Assembly: GCA_004431415.1 (NCBI GenBank)
Contig: QPMI01000151.1
Coordinates: forward strand, 750-64,749
Direction of reading: 5' to 3'
Source of the DNA: Cyanophora paradoxa CCMP329
Taxonomy: Eukaryota > Plantae > Glaucophyta
DNA length: 64,000 nucleotides
In this document: positions 1 through 14,000 of the stretch, piece by piece
How the letters are laid out: the number at the start of each line of letters is the position of its first letter
Position numbering within the stretch: position 1 is the first letter of the stretch
The notes under the pieces: generated by a model
What the model was told of the DNA's origin: nothing
Databases searched by the model: none
What the model saw: only the letters and a program-made list of their open reading frames with translations
Position numbers and translations under genes: made by a program

Positions 1-233
1 AGCCTGGCCATGGTACCGATCGCTCCGGTGCAAACTGTCCCGATCACGCCGACGCAGCCCTCGCATCGGACATCGCGCACTTCGTTCGGGACGTCAACGC
101 CACGACGGCACGCAGCCGGTAACGTCGCGGCGGAGAGGACGGCCCCCGTCCCGTCGCCATCCCGTCGCTGAACCCGCGTCGCCGTCCCCTCGTCGACTCA
201 CGCGACCGGCCCGTCGTCGCCGGCCCGTCTGAC

Positions 234-3200
234 TTGTCGACAGAGATGGAAACGGGAAGCCGTACTGCGGCCGAGTCCCGTGTTTCCAATTCGGTGTGCG
301 CAGCCCCGGCGGGCGTCACTGCCGGCAGTATCCGCGACCTCATCAACGCTGGCCTCCGCCGCACGACCACACTCGCATGTCCGCCGCCTTGGCTCCCGTC
401 ACGTCCAAGAAAACCCCGCTCTTCACTCGAAACTTTGGCCGTATGCACCGCCCGCGCCCGAACGCCATCAATCCGTCGCCCGCGTCGCAGTCACGAGGTC
501 GCTCACCTTCGCGGCCGCCCCCTCGGCGAAGAGCACGAACTCCGACGCTGACTCTGTGCGGGAGCCGAAGACCCGGACGTACTGCGCCCTGGGGACCCCG
601 TCACAGAGTCGCCGATGGACACTGCACTCGGCCCGCTAACCTCCAAATCGAGCACCGACTCCCCCGCAGCCACCTCGCAGCAGGAGGGAACGTCTCGAAG
701 GAAGTGGGCGGCCGAACCCGAACTACAAGGCCCCGCCGCCAAGATGCCCGAAATCGACTCGCTACCGGCGGTCGAGGGCTGCGAGTCCTTGGTACCCCTT
801 TGCACTGACTGGCTCGACAACGTTGCTTACAACATGCACACTCGCCGTGTTAACAACCGCATGCACGTCGACGGCATCCAGTGCACTGACTGGCTTCGTG
901 ATGGCATCCCTTCGAGCGACCAGCGCCAGATCCACGCGCGTACCATCCTTTACTGCCCGCCCTCCAGATGCTCACGACGTACCTCGAGCCGAAGGGCCCC
1001 GGTGTCTGCTGGCTCGCGTCCGCAACGCTATCGATGCGGAAGGCGACTCGGAGGAGGCGCGCGCGCACCGCTTCCCCAAGCCCCACGACAACATGTACCC
1101 CGTCTTCACGCAGGCCTCCAATTACCGTACCGCGGTATTCACGGAGGATGCGCACATGCCTCGCCGTCGGGACCTGTCTTTCGCCAACGAGACGTGTGCT
1201 GACTGCCACCCCCATGTCGTCGGCCGCCAGGAGAATGGTACCCTTGTTGCCCGCCCCATTCCCTCGGCACACCGTCGTGACGCGCCCAATGACGGACTTC
1301 GTACTGCTCACTCCGCGCTCATCGCTGCGCTTGAAAGCCTCCCTACGTCGCACCCCGTTCGTGACCCGACCAGGGAGATGGAGTTCTTTGTGATCGCCCG
1401 CGACATCTCCGGACACGCGAAGAACGGGCGGTTCCCGATCCGCCGGCGCTCGACGTGAACCCCGGCATCCCGTGCGCTGACGCACTCACGCTCACCACAG
1501 CACCCGCATTGGCACTTGCTGGCGACCCGCCCGCTCATCAACCCGAAAGCCACAGTGAGCACAAGCGTCTGAATGCGGCCGTCACACGCATCATTGCAGA
1601 CACGGCCACTGAGGATGACGTGACAACGTTGCGCACGTGGATCGCAATCGCCCGTGAGACGACGACTATCGCGGCAATTAACACTAACATCTCGAACACC
1701 AACGAGCAGCTTCGCCGCCCTACCGGGGCTGAGGGCGAGCAGCTGTTACACTTGGTTGAAATGGCAGCGATGGCCATCACGAACACGGGCGCCCCGCCGC
1801 CTCGCACGCGGCAGGCTGCGGCCAACCACGTCACGAGTGTACTGCGTAAGGAGCTCGAGGCATTCGATGTTGACACTACGGTTCAGGCAATCGTCAACGC
1901 TCTGTGCGCCCGTCGTGTCTTCACTTCACCGACGGCGCCATGGACACAACCGACGCGCCGCCTGCACCTACGACAACGCTGACGCTCCCAGGAGTGCTGT
2001 CGTCGAGTCCCTCCTGAACCGTGTCAAGACGTCCTTCACGACGCGCGTAACCGCAGCCCAACATTCATGCGCCCCAACCGACGAACGGCCGCTGTCAATT
2101 ACGTTGAGAGCACACTCCGCACGTACCTCCGTGGCTACGACGTCGAGTCTACGATCCTACTTCTCGTCTACATTCTCGAGCGCGAGGTGAGCTACGTTCG
2201 CCTCAGGCCCTGACGCGACTTCGGCAAAGGCTGCTGACGCCTACGCTCGTTTCGTCGCGGCAAACGCTCCGACCGACCCCGTCGCCGGACCCAGCTCTGT
2301 CGCGACGGCAGAGGGCCTCGCCCTGAGGACAAGACGCCAATCGTCCCGCCGACCACGCCCACTCCACCCGCGCCCGCCGTACTGCGGCCCAAGGCGTCGG
2401 AGGACAGGGCTGACAATGACCCCATCAACCGCAACCGAAGTTGCGCGAGATGCTGATGGACATTGCGGAAGACTCGATCACGCTCATCGCTCGTCGCCAC
2501 CAGGCAGCGGGAGGTATGAGCGCGAGGGTGGAGACCGCGTCTTCGCCTCTCGCACGGTCGAGAAGATCATGGTCAGTGTTGGGGACAGCAAATTCTTCTC
2601 TTCCTGTCGCCAGTCGACATGCCTGCACCGTGCCACACGTGCAGCATCGGCCCGATGGCTCACCCGTCATCGTGAACCACCGGCTCCGTGCATCAGTGAT
2701 CAGCATTGCGCACCGCTACTACGAGTACATCGACTCGACCACGGGCAACACGGTGACAATGACTAACGTCGAGCTTCAGGAGCACTGCCGCCTCTGCACA
2801 ACGCCGCCGTACATGGAGTTCGTCCGCAATTGCCCCGTACCGTCGCCAACCTCACGCCAGCGCACGCCGTACCCGAGTACTCTGCGACCTGACGATGCAC
2901 CGGCGGACATCACGCTCGACGCTCTGTACGGAGTGACGATGGAAATGAAGACGCTCTTCCTGCGGATTATCGGTCTGTTAATGGATATCACCCCACAGGG
3001 AACGACGTCTTGACGGGGAACGACGACTGGCCTCGGGTCGCTGACATCTTCCTTAACGTCGACGTCGGCCCCTTCACCGTCCGCGCCAGCACCCTCCGGC
3101 CTGGCGTTCGCGACGCGAGTACTGGACCGATAGGCACTCGGCCAATCATTCTCGCCCCGGAGTTGTCAACACCTCTGGGCAGGACACGTCCCGACTCGCG

Positions 3201-6200
3201 CGAACGACTGTGAACGCGTCGCTTCCCGTCTGCTTGTCGGCACCGGCGTTCTACCATGCTCACGCGTTAATGCACCCCGTCGATGAGCCGAACACGCGCC
3301 TCGCCCGACACCAACTGATCTTCTGCCCTACCCGGTGCCTGAGACCACGGTCGCTGCAGCTGGGGAGTGAGCCGCAGTTGGCGTCGATTTACGTCGCTGC
3401 CGTTCTACACGACTGGCCGGCTCGACAGCGGGACAAGATTAAGCCGCATCTCACTCTCCGAACCAACGACGTCGACATGGAGTACTTGCGACTCGCCGCC
3501 GAGAACGCGCGACTTCGGGACCCGACGCAGTTTTCGGCGAGGTACCTCGAGTCCACAACGTGTTGACAGACATCCTTCGTCGCCGCACGCCTGGAACGCC
3601 GTCCCCGACCACTCCGCCCGACAAGCACGCGCAGCTGCTGGCCGACGAACAGCTCGCACGTGAACTGCAGGCTCGCCTCGACGCCGAAGCTGCCAAGGGA
3701 GAGGACCGGTGCAGGCCGCGGCGCAAGCCCCCTACTTGCAGGCTGCAATCGGTGGTATTGCTCGTGCCGCACCATGGACGCCCGTCGCCGTACTGCGGCA
3801 GCACAGGCTCCACCGCGCCAATCGGCGAGGCACGGGGAACGGTCAGGGGCCGCGCCGCGCGCTCCCGATTCATACCAGCCGGCCCCAGACCCCGGGCAAC
3901 CCTCACTACCACGACGACGACATGACGTGCCCAACGGCACCGGTGACACCGCCGACCGACGCCCCGGAGCCCCCGGCCCCGCGGAACGACCCACCCCCTG
4001 CGCCCGAGGTGACGGCCTCGTCGACGGACACTCCGGACGCCCAGCCCGTTGCACCCGCGACGACGACTCCGGACGCCCAGCCCGTTGCACCCGTGACGAC
4101 GACTCCGGTGGCCCCGACGCCCGCTCTCGAGACGCGGTCTCGTCGACGGCCGCTCGAGATGCTTCGCCCATCGCACCGGCGATGGCGACCTCGCTGACGA
4201 CCCCGCACAGCGTCCCGTCCCCACGGCCGTGGCTGCGGTCTCGACGGCCCCGTCGCCTGCGCCTGAGCTACTGGCCCCGTCCGACGCCCCGCCAGCCCGG
4301 CCACGACTGTGACGGCGGCCCCGCCGCAGAGCCCGCCCAACCCCCGATGCTGCCGATCCCGTCACTTCACCCGACTACACTGCACCGACCGACGCGTCGA
4401 TGCCTGACTCGACGACTGCCGACTCGTCGGGCACTGAGAGGACCGAGGACGTGCCCATGGGCGACCCGCGCGTTTCGAGGGGGATCATCGTCGACACGCC
4501 GACCTTGCCGAGCCCTCACGACGACCGTGACAGTCCTCCTGACACCGACGAAGACATGTCCAGCGACTCGGAGCCCGAGATCAAGGACGTGGCCGCCGAC
4601 CTTGGACACCGCCACGCCTGGACGATCCTTCGCCTCAAGCCCGTGGTGCACAACCAGCTGCGTGCGTACCTGGACACGCCGCGACGCTTCATGGTCACAA
4701 CGACGACGACGGATTGGCGCAAGACCCCTGAGACGCCGACCCTCTTCGCCGCCAGCGAGCTCACGAGCTGCATGCACCTCGCAGCTGCCCGCAGCAACAC
4801 GCCTACTGGGCAACCGTTGCTGGGTACTCGCCCGAGTGACCAGGCTCACTACCTCCTTCAACATCTGACCGAATTCCGCTCCGTCATCCACGTCATCATG
4901 CGCCTCGCGCGGGCTCAGCCCTTCGCGCCTGGGGAGACGGCGACCACGTGGCCTCACCCGAACGACCGCTCGCCGATGTCCTCGGACGGCCAGAGATGCT
5001 GGAGCTGTTTGGTTTGACACCGACAGAGTTCACTCTTGTACACCAGTCCAAGACTCCAGTCGTACCGTGCATCCTTCAGGTGGCTGTCAACCTTGCCCGC
5101 AATCTCCGGACGCTGCACTACGACGTGGAGATGACGGAGAGCGATGAACGGTTCTTGAACTTCGACAAGATCACGAACACGGCGACGCGCCTTGCAACAA
5201 TCAGGCAACTGGTCCAAACTGTCAAGTTCACGGCCCCGCTCACAGGACCTGACGACATCTATCTGTCTACGCTTCGACACGGTTCACCGCCGCCCGACAT
5301 CGCCTTGTCGATGCGTTCGACGGCCCTGGCGCGGGCGTGGGACATCGCTGCATACTTCGACCATTACAAGTGGGACGAGACGCGCGACCGCTACGGGGAT
5401 AGCCGATTTGCTCACCTCTACGACGTTCGTGACCCAGCACCGAGCTCCGACCGTCCATGGCCGACGAGTCACGCGCCGTTGCTGTCAATGCTCACCGAGC
5501 AAGTCGAGAACGTACTCCGCCTCGTCAACATCACAGCCGACGTCGAGGGCCCCGGCAACTTCCTGCGCCGTTACTACACGTCCCGTTTCAACCCGAAATC
5601 CGACGCGAACCCGGCTACGAACCTGCGGGCGACCGCCGAGCTCGCGGAGGAGATCCGGCTGAACAGCCAGTTAGCAGTGGTCGCGGCACGCGATGTCCAT
5701 CGTCTGCGCACGCCCCCCGTCAGCGAGTCCGACCTACACCACTGTCTTCGGCACGGACTGTCCCGTCACCGCTCCGGCGTCCTCCCCTCAAATTTCACGA
5801 ACGTCGTCGCCGCGTCTGTCACGGAGACGACTGCGCTGGCAAGGCTCGCCGAGCTACATGACACCACCGTTGTCGCGATGTCAATCACTACGTTCATGCA
5901 CAAGCGTCAACTCGCCAAGAAGGGCAAACCGATCCGTCTCGAATCGCGACTGCACGCCCCCGTCTTCACCCCGAAGCAGCCCGAGCCAGCTGTCGAGCTC
6001 TATTACAACTCTGACCGTTACATAATGGTGCACCCTGAAGAGGCGGCGCTCCTGGCGTGCAAAACTGCGTGGCGCTCCCATATCCTCCAGCTGACTCTCG
6101 AGGCCATGCGTCGCGCGTACAAGCTCGAGACGGAGTCAAGCACTCGTACTGCGAGCAAGCTTGCTTTCGGCCTCGTCGCTCGACTCGACACTGCACTTAG

Positions 6201-9200
6201 CAAGGCTACGACCACCCAGCGCTTGGCGGTAACACGGGCCTTCCTCCTGGACGCCGAGCATCGATTGAATCTGTTCTACTGCATGCTTTACCCGCGCTAC
6301 CGCGATCACCTACTCCCTGTCCTCCCCAGTCCGATGGTACCCGTCACCGACCCTCTCGCCGTCCCGGTCCCACGGCCCCTGAGCGCGACGTTGACGAGTA
6401 CGGATACCTGACACAGTGGACGTCGACGGCATCGACATCTTGCCTCGCGTTCCTGACTGGGATTCCCTCGTTGGACTTGTCGACGACATGAGCAAGGACA
6501 CTTTCTGGAACTCCAACACGTACTTCGGGCTTCGCGCCCGCGCTATGGTCTACGGAACAGAGCGCAAGCGCCCCCGCGAGAAGCGACCGAATGACGAGAA
6601 GTTGCAGAAGAAGGAGCGCAAGGCCGCCCGGCTCACTCCCGAGGAGGTCGACTCCATCATCTCCAGAATTTTGAGCGAACTCCACACTGTTCCTTTCAAG
6701 GAGGTGCTACTCTCGGAGAACGCTGACATTCCTGACGTCTATTTCTGGGCCTTCCTCAACGAGGAATGGGCGAAGGGCTTCACGGTCGTCGACGGCGCTG
6801 GCTACCAGCACGGAGTGTGGCCGGATCTGAGCGGCGTGATGGTCCGACGGGAACCGCGACCTGATTCGACGGAGAACGAGCGCGACACGTTCTATGCGGG
6901 TTTTGGACGGCGCAACAATCACATCAACGGGGAATTATTCGCCCAAACGATCAACGACTGGTACCCAATCCGTCTCCACAATCCTCGCCCCCACTCCCGT
7001 ACGGCATGCGCACATACAGCCCCGAGGAGACGCGAGCTGGAGGTGACTTCCTACCTCTGGATACTGATCCGGGACGGGATACCTCCTATCACATCTTCAT
7101 GACACCGCTTCTCTTCACGAACACGGACTTCCTGGCCACAGCGTACTGCAAAACGATCCAGGAACATGGGCGACACGCGCCCCACATCTTCGCCGTCGCG
7201 GCTCACATCCTCGGAGGCCCAGCCCGTTCGGACAGACGGCTGATCTGACCGAGGAGCTCACTGTGGAGGACGGGCACAGACCGGAGGAGCTCCCGGAGCC
7301 GCCGCCGGTCGAAGAGCTGGAGGGAATCCCGACTCGGGACCCACCCCCAGTTCATCCCGCCACCACGACAAAGAAGTACATGCACGTCCTAGGTGAGGTC
7401 CACATGCCATACGTGCTACTCGGCGACTCTGTCTTGAGGCATTTCTCCGGCGCGTCCCGTACATGCGCCCATTCCTCATGAAGATGCACGTACGCTGGTC
7501 GAACTTCTCGCGAGCACTCAGTCGTGTCCTACGCTACGGCGTCGGCCCGGCACCTACCCGTACCGCGCCGGTGCTCCCGGCCATGGCGAACTCAGCCAGC
7601 ACAACCGCGCGGGCCTGCCCTTCCGATCGTTCCTGATCACGGCCGCCGACGAGTTCCACCCGGCCAACAAGTATGCCGACTACTTCGACTGCATCTACGA
7701 CGAGGACAACCACGCGCACCTCCGTGACTCCGCTTCACGTCAAGATGTCGAACGATGCTTCTACGAGATTGCCATGCCCGACGACCTCAACGCGCCGCCC
7801 ATGACTCTTACGCCGGCCAATGCTGACCTGTGCGGCCCTCGAATCGTCCGATTCACGCACGTTGCACCGGCCGGACCCAGCCGCGGTGCCCCCAACACGA
7901 TCCAGAACCGCTCGCACATCACTATCTTCGACGCGAACAACCGGAACACCTGGCAGCAGATCATCGCGGGCACGAGGAAACCCCAAACGAGGCGGCGGGC
8001 CGCACCCGTGCGGCCCCGACCCCAAGTACTTCCCGGTGTCCGTCAATGACTACACTGGCCCTGGGGGCGTCGTCGTGTCTCTGCGTCGTCGCGGGCCCAC
8101 GGGCACCGCGCCTGCAACGCCCCCGTCGTCCACCAGGTCCTGGGGTTCCCGCTTTCGGTACACACTTGGGTGTACGGAATCGCAGCGTACCTGGCGGCGG
8201 CAGTCAAGCTGCACGGTGCCTTGTCGTTCTTCCTCGAGCCCCTACCGGGGAACTCGGGAACATCATCATCGACTACGTTCGTAGCCACGAGGATGAGCTG
8301 CACTTCCGCTTCACGGCTTCAGGCGAAGTGGCGCGCAGTGCCAAACTCGACAAATGGTACGAGGTCGAGTACCCTGACTGCGAACGCGTCGACCCGGCAC
8401 ATTTAATCACAGCCTTCGAATCCCTACTGCACAAGGCAACCAACGACTGGTTGGCGGTCCAGATCAAGCACGAGACACCCCGGCGGCTCGCGAAGATGTC
8501 GACATGGATCGAAACCACTGCTGGCCCGTAGCATTCCGACTCCCGGATGGAGTCATCAACGCACTCAACGCCCAAGTCCGGGGCGCTGACTTCGATCCCA
8601 CGAACGATCCGTCACACCCGCATCGTCCCAGTGTCTATGACGTCAACGCGAGCGCAGTGCGCAACGCTATTATGGATTTCGAACAGCGATACGCCGACAT
8701 ACACGAGCAATTCCGTCACGCCGAATATGGCAACTTCACATTCGATCCATTCTACAATGAATTCGGCGCCGCCATCTTCAGTCGCGAACCGCAGGCGCGG
8801 GCGCTACTCCACGGTTGGTTGGAACAATTCGTTTACAATCACGCCACCGTCGACGCGGCGACGAGGCGGCCCATCACGTTCACTAGCCGCGAAGCCTACC
8901 GGGCGGTACAGATCGTCGACGTCCTCCCCTGCGTCACTCCCTGGGCGATCCGGACAACGACAGCCTCCTTCGTCAGATCCCCCACATTTACATTGGTCAC
9001 GGCCCCCACGGCGCGCCTGTCGACCCGTACGAAGGCCGCACGCGCTTCACTAACATCATGAACTACATCACTACGACGAAGGCAGAGGAGTCGCGCGCGT
9101 ACATTTGGGACCCGCGCCTCGACGGCAAGATCAAGCTCGTGGGCACGGACGAGTACATTCGTCGGAACCCTGGGATTGCGCGCAAGCCCTTTGTCCGACC

Positions 9201-10560
9201 CTTCGTCGTCTGGTCGACCGACTTCAAGGATCTGCGCACCAACGAGCCGACGGGACTGGCACGCTTCGGTCACATCCAGGGTGTTGTCTTCAAGCCATCT
9301 GGCAGTAACAGGCCTCCGCGTCGTAGTCCTACGGGGACCGAGACGACGGGAACCTCTGACGGCGACGACTCCAGCTCGGACAGTGGTGGCTCCACCGCCG
9401 AGTCCGTAGCTCCATCGGAGACCCCGTCGGCCGGGACGCCGAGCCTAGCCTCGCGCGTGCAGTCGTCCGCGTTCGCCCCCCACGGCCTCCTTGGACCGCT
9501 CACACGGCAGCACACGTACACGATCGCATACAACGACCTCACTAATCCCAGGACGTCGACGGATCTCACGATGGGCTGCTGGCTCCTCTACTCTGGACGG
9601 GGACCGGACTACGAGCGGATCACGTCCGCGCGATACCGTGCCTTCGAGGACCCTGAATTCGCTGCCAGTTATCACTTGTACGACTGGTCGCCGCTTCAGC
9701 GGTCTCACCAACTCAACGCCCACGCAATCCTGGAGACGCTCCACGAGATCGAGAACTTTCGGTGGGATTTCACAACCTCTCAGGGCCTGTCAGCCGACCT
9801 CGCTTTCACTCGCGCCTTGTTCACTCGGGCGGCCTTCATCCTCAATTCAATCGGCCTCGCGGCGTGGGACGTGGTCCTCCACAATGACTTCCGTAGTCAT
9901 GACGCTCAACGGACACGTTTCTACGAGCGGCACGTACTCCAACGCGACACGCGCCTCCGCCACGCTTGGCCCCAACTCGTCAAATATCTCCGGGCGTCTC
10001 TCTCGCGCCACCGCGAAGCCATCCCGTTCCGATCCCCCGGAGAGCCTGGCTACCGGCCGGCTGAACGACGGGATGGCGCAGCGGGGACCGAAGTTGACGC
10101 GATCAACGAGATTCACTATGGCTGGCCCAGCAACCGCCACCTCAACAAGCTCGCAAACGCCGACTGCAAGCCCATCCTTGGCGTCGGATACTTTTCAGCC
10201 ACAATGCGCAATCACCGGCCCCCGCTGCGTCTGTCGGCAGCTCCCTGCAGGGCACGCCCATTCGCCGCGACGGACGTCCTCATGAACGTGCACAGGCGGA
10301 CAACCACGCGGAAGCGACCTCGCCTCAAGCGGACGGCACCGCTCCCGCCAGCCAGCGTCATCTCCGGTTCGACACCGTGCACACCGTATGAGCAGAGCTA
10401 CCTCGCCTCGCTTCGCGTCTGCGCGGCACGCATGTTGGGATTTGACGACGTCGAGGACCCCCTTGACGTTCCCCTCTTCGGCGACGGCGGCCCGTCAGTA
10501 CCACACCCCATTGCGCGAATGACGGACACGAACCGCACGCTCAGAGAGCGCATCAACGAC
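234..10560 (+). CDS. N-terminal polyprotein region of the retroelement, function unknown, broken into ~20 frame segments
   Basis: ORFs 615-1202, 823-1458, 1455-1982, 2441-3013, 3010-3213, 3210-3566, 3560-3925, 4400-5017, 4948-6411, 6416-7102, 8504-9061 and 9058-11283 abut or overlap on one strand and mostly step by -1. Example at ~1435: TTCCCGATC plus one C reads F-P-D-P-P-A-L-D-V into the next ORF. Confidence 0.65.
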
Positions 10561-10990
10561 GGCCGAATCTGCGTCAACTTGCACATCGCCGCTATCGATC
10601 ACCGACGACAAGTCCTTCAATACCTCCTCACCAAGGCATTGGTGGATACAGGAGCCGCTGCGGACGTACTCGACGGCAGTATCGCCGACAAACTGCCAGG
10701 CCTTCGCTACAGCAACGCTCCGCGCGTGCACCTCACCGGCTTTGGAACGGACATGACTGCCTATGCGCGCATCGCATTCATTGCAATTAAGGTTGGTCCG
10801 GTCACAATTCCGCGGAAGGTCCTCGTCGTCGCGCCTGGTCTCATGGGCAACACTCCAATGCTACTCGGCCTCACAACGCTGGTGGCGCTCAACGCTCACA
10901 TCGTGCTCGACCCAGCAAATTGGGGAATGACGATCACGTCGCCTGACTCCTCGGATGGCGAACGATTCCACGTCCCTTTTCGGCTGCGGG
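10560..10990 (+). CDS. Retroviral-type aspartic protease domain
   Basis: KALVDTGAAADVL (DTG at 10645), LTGFG flap and PMLLGLTTL (ILGxD-like) in ORF 9058-11283. Confidence 0.9.
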
Positions 10991-11018
10991 CCAGCACGAC
11001 GGCGGCGTTCTGGTCCGA

Positions 11019-14000
11019 TTGGCGAAGGACATCACTGTACGGCCGGGTGAATCGCTCGTTCGATGTTACATGCCACAAACGACTTCGAACACGACTCTCG
11101 GCGCACCGGAAGTCCTCCTCACTCCGCCACCACTCCTCCTCGACGACGACGGCTTCGACGGAGCCGACGAAGTCGAATTCTTGGTGCCATACCAAATTCA
11201 CCGCAACCCAGCACACGGCACGTTTTTCGTGCAGATCTGCAACCCTCACAGGCGGCCTGTCCGCCTGCGAGCCGGAACTGTGATTGCGGAGACTGAATTC
11301 GGGACTTGGCCGGAGTCCGAATTCCGTCCACACGAGAATGTCGAGACCTACCCCAAGGGGTGTTACAGCTCCTGGACACCTCAACAACAACTGACATTCC
11401 CGATCTCTTCCGTAGCCGCGCAAATCTATGAGAACTTCAAGCCTGTTGTCGTACCCCGACGCTCGCAACCACGGCGCTACATCTCCCGAGCCCGACGCCT
11501 CTACCCGGAGGTCTACCACCGACGACCGCCCGAACCCAACTGCAAGGAGGGCGAGGCGGCGCATGTTGGCTCCGTCGATGCTGCTGCCGACATCCCGCTA
11601 TCCCACGAGGCCAGCGAGCGTCTCATGTCGTACGTCGCACGTGTCGTCACCCCTTACACTGCTCGAACCGGCGATCACTTCAACGACAAGGAGCTCATGG
11701 AGCTGGCCAGTTTCTTCGAGCCTCACTTCGCCCGCTTCGACTCCGAGCCGATGCTGGTTGGCCCCGCAGTCGGCCCCACGGTGCCCATCGCGTCCGTCAA
11801 TGCCGACGCTCGAATGGAGCCCCCGTCGAGTGACACTGCGCCTCCTACAAAGCCATCGCCCGAGACCATCAAGGCGATGGTGGACGCCCTGTTGAAACCA
11901 TCGGAGTCGAACCCCGACGCCCTTCCCGAGGATCGCACTCAACTCCAGAACCTTCTCACGCAACGCCAGCACTGCTTCGCCCAGAACATCAATCCACGCG
12001 AGCTCCTGAAGTACAAGCACAGCATCCGACTTCTGCCCGGCGTCCCCGCCAAGCACCTCCCGCTGTACACCGTCCCTCGCCGGCTCTCTCCGCCTGCGGA
12101 GAAGGCTGCGAAGGCGGAAATCGAGAAGCTGCTACGCGACGGTCTCATCGAGCCTTCGCAAGCTGGTTTCGGCAGCCCCGTGGTGCTGGCACCGAAGAAG
12201 GATGGCACGATGCGATTCTGCGTCGACTACAGGAAGCTCAATTCCCTCACGGAACGTGATGTCTTCCCGTTGCCACGCATTGAGGACCAATTGGAGCGCC
12301 TACAGGGTGCGTCCACGTTCTCGACTGGCGACGCAACGTCGGGTTTCTGGCAGTTGGAACTCGACGAGGAGTCACGTGACCTGACGACATTCATCGTCCC
12401 CTGGGGAATGTACAGGTGGAAAGTGACCCCTTTTGGTATCACGAACGGCCCAGCGGCGTTCTGTCGAGCCGTGACGTCAATTTTGGGCAACCTTTTGTCC
12501 ACCTGCGTCGTGGCGTACGTCGATGACCTCACGGTCCACTCGCCGAACGTCAAACAACACCTTCTCGACCTGGAGGCCTTCTTCGCTGCGATCGACCGCG
12601 GTAACCTCAAACTCAAGCCCAGCAAATGTCGTTTCATGGTGCGGGAAGTCGAGCTGCTCGGATTCCGTGTCAGCAGCGACGGCATTCGCATGGACCCCAA
12701 GAAGGTTGAGATCATCTCCAAGATCACGGCGAACGAACTCCAGACTGTCGAGCAACTCCGCAGTTTCCTCGGCCTCACGGGCTTCTACCGGCGCTTCGTA
12801 CAGAGTTACGCGCGACGGGAACTTTCCCTGCGAGACCTCCTCACGGACGCACTACGAGCCGACCGGCTCAACTTGGTGTGGAATGACGAGGCTCTCGCTG
12901 CGTTGGACGACCTCAAGAAGGCGATGTGCGAGGACATTGTGCTGATGCTGCCCGACTTCACGAAGCCGTTCATCATTTACACGGACTGGAGCAAACGGGC
13001 CATGGGAGCGGTGCTCATGCAGGAGGACAAGGACGGCCGCGAGCGCCCGATCGCATTCATCAGTCGTACTCTGACAAACATGGAGCGCAAGTACCAATCA
13101 CCAACGGAGGGCGAATGCATTGCGGTACTCTGGGCGGTTAAGGTCTGGCACCACTACTTCGTCTGCGGCCACCCGTTCACGATCCGCACGGATCATTCGG
13201 CGTTGCAATGGTTGAAGACACAGGAGCTGGCGAACAACAAGACGCTTGGGCGCGCGGCCATCGCCCTCAACCACTACAACTACACTATCGAGTACCGCAA
13301 CGGGCGGTCGAACGTCGTTGCGGACTGCTGCTCTCGCCTTGCGGAGACACACGCAGTGTACAAGCCTGGCGGCGCTGACGGCACTGACATCACGACTTCG
13401 ATACCAGACGGCGCTCACGGGTTCGGTGTGCCCGATGCGGGAGACTACGACGATCCACGCGAACTCTACCGCGTCGCCATCCACCGCACCTCCTCGGCCC
13501 TGCAACATACTCTGGACGGGCCGGCGTGGATCCCTACTGGGGATAGACGCCGCGCCACCACGCGACCCGAGCACCTTGCCCCGGCGCCACCGCGCCGAGA
13601 CCGCGACGACCCTCAGACTTCACGGCGACGTCCAAGGTCGTTGACGCCCGACACTCAGCGAGTGCGTGACATCGTCGAGAACGGCGGCCTGGAAGACGTG
13701 GAGTCCCAGATCACGCTGGAACGGCTCCACGAGAACGGCGCCCTCTCTGCCCCCGACGTCGTACCCATGGAAGTTGACACGCCTGCACCGGCCGCAGCGG
13801 CAGACGAGGCGGGCGCGACGGCCCCTCCTGCACGGCGACGCCGCGGGGTGACGAACCTCGAGCATACACTCGACGGCGCGGCCTGGCTACCGGCCGAGGG
13901 TCGCCGCCGCCGACTTCAAGTTCGAGGACAGGAGAGCTCCGCTGACGGGCTTCAAGCTCGAGGACGGGAGAGCTCGGCCCGGAGGCCTCGGTCTCAGTCA

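Noticed and set aside
615-9061. Operon-like set of separate genes with overlapping stop/start codons
   Set aside because: Most listed starts are GTG/TTG and the frames stay open upstream of them; consistent -1 steps are better explained by single-base deletions in one ORF.
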